NCBI GenBank assembly: GCA_964016885.1
Contig: CAXHJY010000392.1
Location: 1 to 64,000, forward strand
DNA from: Eledone cirrhosa
Taxonomy: Eukaryota
Length of the DNA: 64,000 nucleotides
Reading direction: 5' to 3'
Of the stretch, positions 37,401-50,625 are shown in pieces. The position numbers and the translations under genes were made by a program. Positions within the stretch are counted from its first letter, which is position 1. Every line of letters starts with the position of its first letter. The notes below the pieces were generated by a model that was not told where the DNA came from, did not search any database, and saw nothing but the letters and a program-made list of their open reading frames with translations.

Positions 37401-40400
37401 GTCATTCTTCACCAAGCTATCTTTCTCTACCTTGTCTTCCGTCGAAACTTCGTTCTTCACCAAGATATCTTTCTCTACCTTGTTTTCTCCCAAAACTTCG
37501 TTCTTCACCAAGCTATCTTTCTCTAGCTTGTCTTCACACAAAACTTCGTTCTTCACCAAGCTATCTTTCTCTACCTTGTCTTCCCACAAAACGTCATTCT
37601 TCACCAAGCTATCTTTCTCAACCTTGTCTTCCGTCGAAACTTCGTTCTTCACCAAGCTATCTTTATCTACCTTGTTTTCTCCCAAAACTTCGTTCTTCAC
37701 CAAGCTATCTTTCTCTACCTTGTCTTGCCTCAGAACTTCGTTCTTCAACAAGCTATCTTTCTCTACCTTGTCTTCCCTAAAAACGTCGTTCTTCACCAAG
37801 CTATCTTTCTCTACCTTGTCTTCCCTCAAAACATCGTTCTTCACCAAGCTATCTTTCTCTACCTTGTCTTCACACAAAACTTCGTTCTTCACCAAGCTAT
37901 CTTTCTCTACCTTGTCTTCCCACAAAACGTCATTCTTCACCAAGCTATCTTTCTCTACCTTGTCTTCCGTCAAAACTTCGTTCTTCACCAAGATATCCTT
38001 CTCTACCTTGTCTTCTCCCAAAACTTCGTTCTTCACCAAGCTATCTTTCTCTACCTTGTCTTCCCTCAGAAATTCGTTCTTCACCAAGCTATCTTTCTCT
38101 ACCTTGTCTTCCCCCAAAACGTCGTTCTTCACCAAGCTATCTTTCTCTACATTGTCTTCCCCAAAACTTCGTTCTTCACCAAGCTATCTTTCTCTACCTT
38201 GTCTTTCATCAAAACGTCGTTCTTCACCAAGCTCTCTTTCTCTACGTTGTCTTCCCCCAAAACTTCTTTCTTCACCAAGCTATCTTTCTCTACCTTGAAT
38301 TCCCCCAAAACTTCGTTCTTCACCAATCTATCTTTCTCTGCCTTGTCTTCCCCCAAAACTTCGTTCTTCACCAAGCTATCTTTCTCTACCTTGTCTTCAC
38401 ACAAAACTTCGTTCTTCACCAAGCTATCTTTCTCTACCTTGTCTTCCCACAAAACGTCATTCTTCACCAAGTTATCTTTCTCTACCTTGTCTTCCGTCAA
38501 AACTTCTTTCTTCACCAAGATATCTTTCTCTACCTTGTCTTCTCCCAAAACTTCGTTCTTCACCAAGCTATCTTTCTCTACCTTGTCTTCCCTCAGAACT
38601 TCGTTCTTCACCAAGCTATCTTTCTCTACCTTGTCTTCCCCGAAAACTTCGTTCTTCACCAAGCTATCTTTCTCTACATTGTCTTCCCCAAAACTTCGTT
38701 CTTCACCAAGCTATCTTTCTCTACCTTGTCTTTCATCAAAACGTCGTTCTTCACCAAGCTCTCTTTCTCTACCTTGTCTTCCCCCAAAACTTCGTTCTTC
38801 GCCAAGCTATCTTTCTCTACCTTGTCTTCCCCAAAAACTTCGTTCTTCACCAAGCTATCTTTCTCTACCTTGTCTTCCCACAAAACATCGTTCTTCACCA
38901 AGCTATCTTTCTCTACCTTGTCTTCCCTCAAAACGTCGTTCTTCACCAAGCTATCTTTCTCTACCTTGTCTTCTATCAAAACATCGTTCTTCACCAAGCT
39001 ATCTTTCTCTACCTTGTCTTCCCTCAAAACTTCGTTCTTCACCAAGCTATCTTTCTCTACCTTGTCTTCCCCCAAAACTTCGTTCTTCACCAATTCATCT
39101 TTCTCTACCTTGTCTTCCCTCAAAACTTCGTTCTTCACCAAGCTATCTTTCTCTACCTTTCCTTCCCCTAAAACTTCGTTCTTCACCAAGCTATCTTTCT
39201 CTACCTTGTCTTCCCCCAAAACTTCGTTCTTCACCAAGCTATCTTTCTCTACATTGTCTTCCCCAAAACTTCGTTCTTCACCAAGCTATCTTTCACGACC
39301 TTGTCTTCCCTCAAAACGTCGTTCTTCACCAAGCTATCTTTCTCTACCTTGTCTTCCCCCAAACTTCGTTCTTCACCAAGCTATCTTTCTCTACCTTGTC
39401 TTCCCCCAAAACTTCGTTCTTCACCAAGCTATCTTTCTCTACCTCGTCTTCCCTCAAAACTTTGTTCTTCACCAAGCTATCTTTCTCTACCTTGTCTTCC
39501 CCCAAAACTTCGTTCTTCACCAAGCTATCTTTCTCTACCTTGTCTTCCCCCAAAACTTCGTTCTTCACCAAGCTATCTTTCTCTACCTTGTCTTCCCTCA
39601 AAACGTCGTTCTTCACCAAGCTATCTTTCTCTACCTTGTCTTCCCCCAAAACTTCGTTCTTCACCAAGCTATCTTTCTCTACCTTGTCTTCCCCCAAAAC
39701 TTCGTTCTTCACCAAGCTATCTTTCTCTACCTCGTCTTCCCTCAAAACTTCGTTCTTCACCAAGCTATCTTTCTCTACCTTGTCTTCCCCCAAAACTTCG
39801 TTCTTCACCAAGTCATCTTTCTCTACCTTGTCTTCCCTCAAAACTTCGTTCTTCACCAAGCTATCTTTCTCTACCTTGTCTTCCCCTAAAACTTCGTTCT
39901 TCACCAAGCTATCTTTCTCTACCTTATCTTCCCCCAAAACTTCGTTCTTCACCAAGCTATCTTTCTCTACCTTGTCTTCCCCCAAAACTTCGTTCTTCAC
40001 CAAGCTATCTTTCTCTACCTTGTCTTCCCTCAAAACGTCGTTCTTCACCAAGCTATCTTTCTCTACCTTGTCTTCCCCCAAAACTTCGTTCTTCACCAAG
40101 CTATCTTTCTCTACCTCGTCTTCCCTCAAAACTTCGTTCTTCACCAAGCTATCTTTCCCTACCTTGTCTTCCCACAAAACGTCATTCTTCACCAAGCTAT
40201 CTTTCTCTAACTTGTCTTCCCTCAAAACGTCGTTCTTCACCAAGCTATCTTTCTCTACCTTGTCTTCCCCCAAAACTTCGTTCTTCACCAAGCTATCTTT
40301 CTCTACCTTGTCTTCCCCCAAAACTTCGTTCTTCGCAAGCTATCTTTCTCTACCTTGTCTTCCCCCAAAACTTCGTTCTTCAGCAAGCTATCTTTCTCTA

Positions 40401-43400
40401 CCTTGTCTTCCCCTAAAACTTCGTTCTTCACCAAGCTATCTTTCTCTACCTCGTCTTCCCACAAAACGTCGTTCTTCACCAAGCTATCTTTCTCTACCTT
40501 GTCTTCCCCCAAAACTTCGTTCTTCACCAAGTCATCTTTCTCTACCTTGTCATCCCTCAAAACTTTGTTCTTCACCAATCTATCTTTCTCTACCTTGTCT
40601 TCCCCCAAAACTTCGTTCTTCACCAAGCTATCTTTCTCTAGCTTGTCGTCACACAAAACTTCGTTCTTCACCAAGCTATCTTTCTCTACCTTGTCTTCCC
40701 ACAAAACGTCATTCTTCACCAAGCTATCTTTCTCTACCTTGTCTTTCGTCAAAACTTCGTTCTTCACCAAGATATCTTTCTCTACCTTGTCTCCTCCCAA
40801 AACTTCGTTCTTCACCAAGCTATCTTTCTCTACCTTGTCTTCCCTCAGAACTTCGTTCTTCACCAAGCTATCTTTCTCTACCTTGTCTTCCCCCAAAACT
40901 TCGTTCTTCACCAAGCTATCTTTCTCTACATTGTCTTCCCCAAAACTTCGTTCTTCACCAAGCTATCTTTCACGACCTTGTCTTCCCTCAAAACGTCGTT
41001 CTTCACCAAGCTATCTTTCTCTACCTTGTCTTCCCCCAAACTTCGTTCTTCACCAAGCTATCTTTCTCTACCTTGTCTTCCCCCAAAACTTCGTTCTTCA
41101 CCAAGCTATCTTTCTCTACCTCGTCTTCCCTCAAAACTTCGTTCTTCACCAAGCTATCTTTCTCTACCTTGTCTTCCCCCAAAACTTCGTTCTTCACCAA
41201 GCTATCTTTCTCTACATTGTCTTCCCCAAAACTTCGTTCTTCACCAAGCTATCTTTCACGACCTTGTCTTCCCTCAAAACGTCGTTCTTCACCAAGCTAT
41301 CTTTCTCTACCTTGTCTTCCCCCAAACTTCGTTCTTCACCAAGCTATCTTTCTCTACCTTGTCTTCCCCCAAAACTTCGTTCTTCACCAAGCTATCTTTC
41401 TCTACCTCGTCTTCCCCCAAAACTTCGTTCTTCACCAAGCTATCTTTCTCTACCTTGTCTTCCTCCAAAACTTCGTTCTTCACCAAGCTATCTTTCTCTA
41501 CCTTGTCTTCCCCCAAAACTTCGTTCTTCACCAAGCTATCTTTCTCTACCTTGTCTTCCCTCAAAACGTCGTTCTTCACCAAGCTATCTTTCTCTACCTT
41601 GTCTTCCCCCAAAACTTCGTTCTTCACCAAGCTATCTTTCTCTACCTTGTCTTCCCCCAAAACTTCGTTCTTCACCAAGCTATCTTTCTCTACATCGTCT
41701 TCCCTCAAAATTTCGTTCTTCACCAATCTATCTTTCTCTACCTTGTCTTCCCCCAAAACTTCGTTCTTCACCAATTCATCTTTCTCTACCTTGTCTTCCC
41801 TCAAAACTTCGTTCTTCACCAAGCTATCTTTCTCTACCTTTCCTTCCCCTAAAACTTCGTTCTTCACCAAGCTATCTTTCTCTACCTTGTCTTCCCCCAA
41901 AACTTCGTTCTTCACCAAGCTATCTTTCTCTACATTGTCTTCCCCAAAACTTCGTTCTTCACCAAGCTATCTTTCACGACCTTGTCTTCCCTCAAAACGT
42001 CGTTCTTCACCAAGCTATCTTTCTCTACCTTGTCTTCCCCCAAACTTCGTTCTTCACCAAGCTATCTTTCTCTACCTTGTCTTCCCCCAAAACTTCGTTC
42101 TTCACCAAGCTATCTTTCTCTACCTCGTCTTCCCTCAAAACTTTGTTCTTCACCAAGCTATCTTTCTCTACCTTGTCTTCCCCCAAAACTTCGTTCTTCA
42201 CCAAGCTATCTTTCTCTACCTTGTCTTCCCCCAAAACTTCGTTCTTCACCAAGCTATCTTTCTCTACCTTGTCTTCCCTCAAAACGTCGTTCTTCACCAA
42301 GCTATCTTTCTCTACCTTGTCTTCCCCCAAAACTTCGTTCTTCACCAAGCTATCTTTCTCTACCTTGTCTTCCCCCAAAACTTCGTTCTTCACCAAGCTA
42401 TCTTTCTCTACCTCGTCTTCCCTCAAAACTTCGTTCTTCACCAAGCTATCTTTCTCTACCTTGTCTTCCCCCAAAACTTCGTTCTTCACCAAGTCATCTT
42501 TCTCTACCTTGTCTTCCCTCAAAACTTCGTTCTTCACCAAGCTATCTTTCTCTACCTTGTCTTCCCCTAAAACTTCGTTCTTCACCAAGCTATCTTTCTC
42601 TACCTTATCTTCCCCCAAAACTTCGTTCTTCACCAAGCTATCTTTCTCTACCTTGTCTTCCCCCAAAACTTCGTTCTTCACCAAGCTATCTTTCTCTACC
42701 TTGTCTTCCCTCAAAACGTCGTTCTTCACCAAGCTATCTTTCTCTACCTTGTCTTCCCCCAAAACTTCGTTCTTCACCAAGCTATCTTTCTCTACCTCGT
42801 CTTCCCTCAAAACTTCGTTCTTCACCAAGCTATCTTTCCCTACCTTGTCTTCCCACAAAACGTCATTCTTCACCAAGCTATCTTTCTCTAACTTGTCTTC
42901 CCTCAAAACGTCGTTCTTCACCAAGCTATCTTTCTCTACCTTGTCTTCCCCCAAAACTTCGTTCTTCACCAAGCTATCTTTCTCTACCTTGTCTTCCCCC
43001 AAAACTTCGTTCTTCGCAAGCTATCTTTCTCTACCTTGTCTTCCCCCAAAACTTCGTTCTTCAGCAAGCTATCTTTCTCTACCTTGTCTTCCCCTAAAAC
43101 TTCGTTCTTCACCAAGCTATCTTTCTCTACCTCGTCTTCCCACAAAACGTCGTTCTTCACCAAGCTATCTTTCTCTACATTGTCTTCCCTCAAAACGTCG
43201 TTCTTCACCAAGCTATCTTTCTCTACCTTGTCTTCCCTCAAAACATCGTTCTTCACCAAGCTATCTTTCTCTACCTTGTCTTCCCCCAAAACTTCGTTCT
43301 TCACCAAGCTATCTTTCTCTAGCTTGTCTTCACACAAAACTTCGTTCTTCACCAAGCTATCTTTCTCTACCTTGTCTTCCCACAAAACGTCATTCTTCAC

Positions 43401-46400
43401 CAAGCTATCTTTCTCTACCTTGTCTTCCGTCGAAACTTCGTTCTTCACCAAGATATCTTTCTCTACCTTGTTTTCTCCCAAAACTTCGTTCTTCACCAAG
43501 CTATCTTTCTCTAGCTTGTCTTCACACAAAACTTCGTTCTTCACCAAGCTATCTTTCTCTACCTTGTCTTCCCACAAAACGTCATTCTTCACCAAGCTAT
43601 CTTTCTCAACCTTGTCTTCCGTCGAAACTTCGTTCTTCACCAAGCTATCTTTATCTACCTTGTTTTCTCCCAAAACTTCGTTCTTCACCAAGCTATCTTT
43701 CTCTACCTTGTCTTGCCTCAGAACTTCGTTCTTCAACAAGCTATCTTTCTCTACCTTGTCTTCCCTAAAAACGTCGTTCTTCACCAAGCTATCTTTCTCT
43801 ACCTTGTCTTCCCTCAAAACATCGTTCTTCACCAAGCTATCTTTCTCTACCTTGTCTTCACACAAAACTTCGTTCTTCACCAAGCTATCTTTCTCTACCT
43901 TGTCTTCCCACAAAACGTCATTCTTCACCAAGCTATCTTTCTCTACCTTGTCTTCCGTCAAAACTTCGTTCTTCACCAAGATATCCTTCTCTACCTTGTC
44001 TTCTCCCAAAACTTCGTTCTTCACCAAGCTATCTTTCTCTACCTTGTCTTCCCTCAGAAATTCGTTCTTCACCAAGCTATCTTTCTCTACCTTGTCTTCC
44101 CCCAAAACGTCGTTCTTCACCAAGCTATCTTTCTCTACATTGTCTTCCCCAAAACTTCGTTCTTCACCAAGCTATCTTTCTCTACCTTGTCTTTCATCAA
44201 AACGTCGTTCTTCACCAAGCTCTCTTTCTCTACCTTGTCTTCCCCCAAAACTTCTTTCTTCACCAAGCTATCTTTCTCTACCTTGAATTCCCCCAAAACT
44301 TCGTTCTTCACCAATCTATCTTTCTCTGCCTTGTCTTCCCCCAAAACTTCGTTCTTCACCAAGCTATCTTTCTCTACCTTGTCTTCACACAAAACTTCGT
44401 TCTTCACCAAGCTATCTTTCTCTACCTTGTCTTCCCACAAAACGTCATTCTTCACCAAGTTATCTTTCTCTACCTTGTCTTCCGTCAAAACTTCTTTCTT
44501 CACCAAGATATCTTTCTCTACCTTGTCTTCTCCCAAAACTTCGTTCTTCACCAAGCTATCTTTCTCTACCTTGTCTTCCCTCAGAACTTCGTTCTTCACC
44601 AAGCTATCTTTCTCTACCTTGTCTTCCCCGAAAACTTCGTTCTTCACCAAGCTATCTTTCTCTACATTGTCTTCCCCAAAACTTCGTTCTTCACCAAGCT
44701 ATCTTTCTCTACCTTGTCTTTCATCAAAACGTCGTTCTTCACCAAGCTCTCTTTCTCTACCTTGTCTTCCCCCAAAACTTCGTTCTTCGCCAAGCTATCT
44801 TTCTCTACCTTGTCTTCCCCAAAAACTTCGTTCTTCACCAAGCTATCTTTCTCTACCTTGTCTTCCCACAAAACATCGTTCTTCACCAAGCTATCTTTCT
44901 CTACCTTGTCTTCCCTCAAAACGTCGTTCTTCACCAAGCTATCTTTCTCTACCTTGTCTTCTCTCAAAACATCGTTCTTCACCAAGCTATCTTTCTCTAC
45001 CTTGTCTTCCCTCAAAACTTCGTTCTTCACCAAGCTATCTTTCTCTACCTTGTCTTCCCCCAAAACTTCGTTCTTCACCAATTCATCTTTCTCTACCTTG
45101 TCTTCCCTCAAAACTTCGTTCTTCACCAAGCTATCTTTCTCTACCTTTCCTTCCCCTAAAACTTCGTTCTTCACCAAGCTATCTTTCTCTACCTTGTCTT
45201 CCCCCAAAACTTCGTTCTTCACCAAGCTATCTTTCTCTACATTGTCTTCCCCAAAACTTCGTTCTTCACCAAGCTATCTTTCACGACCTTGTCTTCCCTC
45301 AAAACGTCGTTCTTCACCAAGCTATCTTTCTCTACCTTGTCTTCCCCCAAACTTCGTTCTTCACCAAGCTATCTTTCTCTACCTTGTCTTCCCCCAAAAC
45401 TTCGTTCTTCACCAAGCTATCTTTCTCTACCTCGTCTTCCCTCAAAACTTTGTTCTTCACCAAGCTATCTTTCTCTACCTTGTCTTCCCCCAAAACTTCG
45501 TTCTTCACCAAGCTATCTTTCTCTACCTTGTCTTCCCCCAAAACTTCGTTCTTCACCAAGCTATCTTTCTCTACCTTGTCTTCCCTCAAAACGTCGTTCT
45601 TCACCAAGCTATCTTTCTCTACCTTGTCTTCCCCCAAAACTTCGTTCTTCACCAAGCTATCTTTCTCTACCTTGTCTTCCCCCAAAACTTCGTTCTTCAC
45701 CAAGCTATCTTTCTCTACCTCGTCTTCCCTCAAAACTTCGTTCTTCACCAAGCTATCTTTCTCTACCTTGTCTTCCCCCAAAACTTCGTTCTTCACCAAG
45801 TCATCTTTCTCTACCTTGTCTTCCCTCAAAACTTCGTTCTTCACCAAGCTATCTTTCTCTACCTTGTCTTCCCCTAAAACTTCGTTCTTCACCAAGCTAT
45901 CTTTCTCTACCTTATCTTCCCCCAAAACTTCGTTCTTCACCAAGCTATCTTTCTCTACCTTGTCTTCCCCCAAAACTTCGTTCTTCACCAAGCTATCTTT
46001 CTCTACCTTGTCTTCCCTCAAAACGTCGTTCTTCACCAAGCTATCTTTCTCTACCTTGTCTTCCCCCAAAACTTCGTTCTTCACCAAGCTATCTTTCTCT
46101 ACCTCGTCTTCCCTCAAAACTTCGTTCTTCACCAAGCTATCTTTCCCTACCTTGTCTTCCCACAAAACGTCATTCTTCACCAAGCTATCTTTCTCTAACT
46201 TGTCTTCCCTCAAAACGTCGTTCTTCACCAAGCTATCTTTCTCTACCTTGTCTTCCCCCAAAACTTCGTTCTTCACCAAGCTATCTTTCTCTACCTTGTC
46301 TTCCCCCAAAACTTCGTTCTTCGCAAGCTATCTTTCTCTACCTTGTCTTCCCCCAAAACTTCGTTCTTCAGCAAGCTATCTTTCTCTACCTTGTCTTCCC

Positions 46401-46496
46401 CTAAAACTTCGTTCTTCACCAAGCTATCTTTCTCTACCTCGTCTTCCCACAAAACGTCGTTCTTCACCAAGCTATCTTTCTCTACCTTGTCTTCCC
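34489..46496. repeat. Near-perfect tandem duplication, period 5988 bp (125-mer), with internal 3307/2681-bp substructure
   Basis: ORF pairs 34990/40978, 35319/41307, 36037/42025, 36996/42984, 38147/44135, 38674/44662 and 39344/45332 are all offset by 5988. The private variant TAGCTTGTCGTC is at 34651/40639 and GAATTC at 38297/44285. Confidence 0.93.
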
Positions 46497-49400
46497 TCAA
46501 AACGTCGTTCTTCACCAAGCTATCTTTCTCTACCTTGTCTTCCCTCAAAACATCGTTCTTCACCAAGCTATCTTTCTCTACCTTGTCTTCCCCCAAAACT
46601 TCGTTCTTCACCAAGCTATCTTTCTCTAGCTTGTCTTCACACAAAACTTCGTTCTTCACCAAGCTATCTTTCTCTACCTTGTCTTCCCACAAAACGTCAT
46701 TCTTCACCAAGCTATCTTTCTCTACCTTGTCTTCCGTCGAAACTTCGTTCTTCACCAAGATATCTTTCTCTACCTTGTTTTCTCCCAAAACTTCGTTCTT
46801 CACCAAGCTATCTTTCTCTAGCTTGTCTTCACACAAAACTTCGTTCTTCACCAAGCTATCTTTCTCTACCTTGTCTTCCCACAAAACGTCATTCTTCACC
46901 AAGCTATCTTTCTCAACCTTGTCTTCCGTCGAAACTTCGTTCTTCACCAAGCTATCTTTATCTACCTTGTTTTCTCCCAAAACTTCGTTCTTCACCAAGC
47001 TATCTTTCTCTACCTTGTCTTGCCTCAGAACTTCGTTCTTCAACAAGCTATCTTTCTCTACCTTGTCTTCCCTAAAAACGTCGTTCTTCACCAAGCTATC
47101 TTTCTCTACCTTTTCTTCCCTCAAAACATCGTTCTTCACCAAGCTATCTTTCTCTACCTTGTCTTCACACAAAACTTCGTTCTTCACCAAGCTATCTTTC
47201 TCTACCTTGTCTTCCCACAAAACGTCATTCTTCACCAAGCTATCTTTCTCTACCTTGTCTTCCGTCAAAACTTCGTTCTTCACCAAGATATCCTTCTCTA
47301 CCTTGTCTTCTCCCAAAACTTCGTTCTTCACCAAGCTATCTTTCTCTACCTTGTCTTCCCCCAAAACTTCGTTCTTCACCAAGCTATCTTTCTCTACCTT
47401 GTCTTTCATCAAAACGTCGTTCTTCACCAAGCTCTCTTTCTCTACCTTGTCTTCCCCCAAAACTTCTTTCTTCACCAAGCTATCTTTCTCTACCTTGAAT
47501 TCCCCCAAAACTTCGTTCTTCACCAATCTATCTTTCTCTGCCTTGTCTTCCCCCAAAACTTCGTTCTTCACCAAGCTATCTTTCTCTACCTTGTCTTCAC
47601 ACAAAACTTCGTTCTTCACCAAGCTATCTTTCTCTACCTTGTCTTCCCACAAAACGTCATTCTTCACCAAGTTATCTTTCTCTACCTTGTCTTCCGTCAA
47701 AACTTCTTTCTTCACCAAGATATCTTTCTCTACCTTGTCTTCTCCCAAAACTTCGTTCTTCACCAAGCTATCTTTCTCTACCTTGTCTTCCCTCAGAACT
47801 TCGTTCTTCACCAAGCTATCTTTCTCTACCTTGTCTTCCCCGAAAACTTCGTTCTTCACCAAGCTATCTTTCTCTACATTGTCTTCCCCAAAACTTCGTT
47901 CTTCACCAAGCTATCTTTCTCTACCTTGTCTTTCATCAAAACGTCGTTCTTCACCAAGCTCTCTTTCTCTACCTTGTCTTCCCCCAAAACTTCGTTCTTC
48001 GCCAAGCTATCTTTCTCTACCTTGTCTTCCCCAAAAACTTCGTTCTTCACCAAGCTATCTTTCTCTACCTTGTCTTCCCACAAAACGTCGTTCTTCACCA
48101 AGCTATCTTTCTCTACCTTGTCTTCCCTCAAAACGTCGTTCTTCACCAAGCTATCTTTCTCTACCTTGTCTTCTCTCAAAACATCGTTCTTCACCAAGCT
48201 ATCTTTCTCTACCTTGTCTTCCCTCAAAACTTCGTTCTTCACCAAGCTATCTTTCTCTACCTTGTCTTCCCCCAAAACTTCGTTCTTCACCAAGCTATCT
48301 TTCTCTACCTTGTCTTCTCCCAAAACTTCGTTATTCACCAAGCTATCTTTCTCTACCTTGTCTTCCCTCAAAACTTCGTTCTTCACCAAGCTATCTTTCT
48401 CTACCTTGTCTTCCCCCAAAACTTCGTTCTTCACCAAGTCATCTTTCTCTACCTTGTCATCCCTCAAAACTTTGTTCTTCACCAATCTATCTTTCTCTAC
48501 CTTGTCTTCCCCCAAAACTTCGTTCTTCACCAAGCTATCTTTCTCTACCTTGTCTTCCCCCAAAACTTCTTTCTTCACCAAGTCATCTTTCTCTACCTTG
48601 TCATCCTTCAAAACTTCATTCTTCACCAATCTATCTTTCTCTGCCTTGTCTTCCCCCAAAACTTCGTTCTTCACCAAGCTATCTTTCTCTACCTTGTCTT
48701 CACACAAAACTTCGTTCTTCACCAAGCTATCTTTCTCTACCTTGTCTTCCCACAAAACGTCATTCTTCACCAAGCTATCTTTCTCTACCTTGTCTTCCGT
48801 CAAAACTTCTTTCTTCACCAAGATATCTTTCTCTACCTTGTCTTCTCCCAAAACTTCGTTCTTCACCAAGCTATCTTTCTCTACCTTGTCTTCCCCGAAA
48901 ACTTCGTTCTTCACCAAGCTATCTTTCTCTACCTTGTCTTCACACAAAACTTCGTTCTTCACCAAGCTATCTTTCTCTACCTTGTCTTCCCACAAAACGT
49001 CATTCTTCACCAAGCTATCTTTCTCTACCTTGTCTTTCGTCAAAACTTCGTTCTTCACCAAGATATCTTTCTCTACCTTGTCTCCTCCCAAAACTTCGTT
49101 CTTCACCAAGCTATCTTTCTCTACCTTGTCTTCCCTCAGAACTTCGTTCTTCACCAAGCTATCTTTCTCTACCTTGTCTTCCCCCAAAACTTCGTTCTTC
49201 ACCAAGCTATCTTTCTCTACATTGTCTTCCCCAAAACTTCGTTCTTCACCAAGCTATCTTTCTCTACCTTGTCTTCCCCCAAAACTTCGTTCTTCACCAA
49301 GCTATCTTTCTCTACCTCGTCTTCCCTCAAAACTTCGTTCTTCACCAAGCTATCTTTCTCTACCTTGTCTTCCCCCAAAACTTCGTTCTTCACCAAGCTA

Positions 49401-50625
49401 TCTTTCTCTACATTGTCTTCCCCAAAACTTCGTTCTTCACCAAGCTATCTTTCACGACCTTGTCTTCCCTCAAAACGTCGTTCTTCACCAAGCTATCTTT
49501 CTCTACCTTGTCTTCCCCCAAACTTCGTTCTTCACCAAGCTATCTTTCTCTACCTTGTCTTCCCCCAAAACTTCGTTCTTCACCAAGCTATCTTTCTCTA
49601 CCTCGTCTTCCCCCAAAACTTCGTTCTTCACCAAGCTATCTTTCTCTACCTTGTCTTCCTCCAAAACTTCGTTCTTCACCAAGCTATCTTTCTCTACCTT
49701 GTCTTCCCCCAAAACTTCGTTCTTCACCAAGCTATCTTTCTCTACCTTGTCTTCCCTCAAAACGTCGTTCTTCACCAAGCTATCTTTCTCTACCTTGTCT
49801 TCCCCCAAAACTTCGTTCTTCACCAAGCTATCTTTCTCTACCTTGTCTTCCCCCAAAACTTCGTTCTTCACCAAGCTATCTTTCTCTACCTCGTCTTCCC
49901 TCAAAATTTCGTTCTTCACCAAGCTATCTTTCTCTACCTTGTCTTCCCCCAAAACTTCGTTCTTCACCAAGTCATCTTTCTCTACCTTGTCTTCCCTCAA
50001 AACTTCGTTCTTCACCAAGCTATCTTTCTCTACCTTTCCTTCCCCTAAAACTTCGTTCTTCACCAAGCTATCTTTCTCTACCTTGTCTTCCCCCAAAACT
50101 TCGTTCTTCACCAAGCTATCTTTCTCTACATTGTCTTCCCCAAAACTTCGTTCTTCACCAAGCTATCTTTCACGACCTTGTCTTCCCTCAAAACGTCGTT
50201 CTTCACCAAGCTATCTTTCTCTACCTTGTCTTCCCCCAAACTTCGTTCTTCACCAAGCTATCTTTCTCTACCTTGTCTTCCCCCAAAACTTCGTTCTTCA
50301 CCAAGCTATCTTTCTCTACCTCGTCTTCCCTCAAAACTTTGTTCTTCACCAAGCTATCTTTCTCTACCTTGTCTTCCCCCAAAACTTCGTTCTTCACCAA
50401 GCTATCTTTCTCTACCTTGTCTTCCCCCAAAACTTCGTTCTTCACCAAGCTATCTTTCTCTACCTTGTCTTCCCTCAAAACGTCGTTCTTCACCAAGCTA
50501 TCTTTCTCTACCTTGTCTTCCCCCAAAACTTCGTTCTTCACCAAGCTATCTTTCTCTACCTTGTCTTCCCCAAAACTTCGTTCTTCACCAAGCTATCTTT
50601 CTCTACCTCGTCTTCCCTCAAAACT

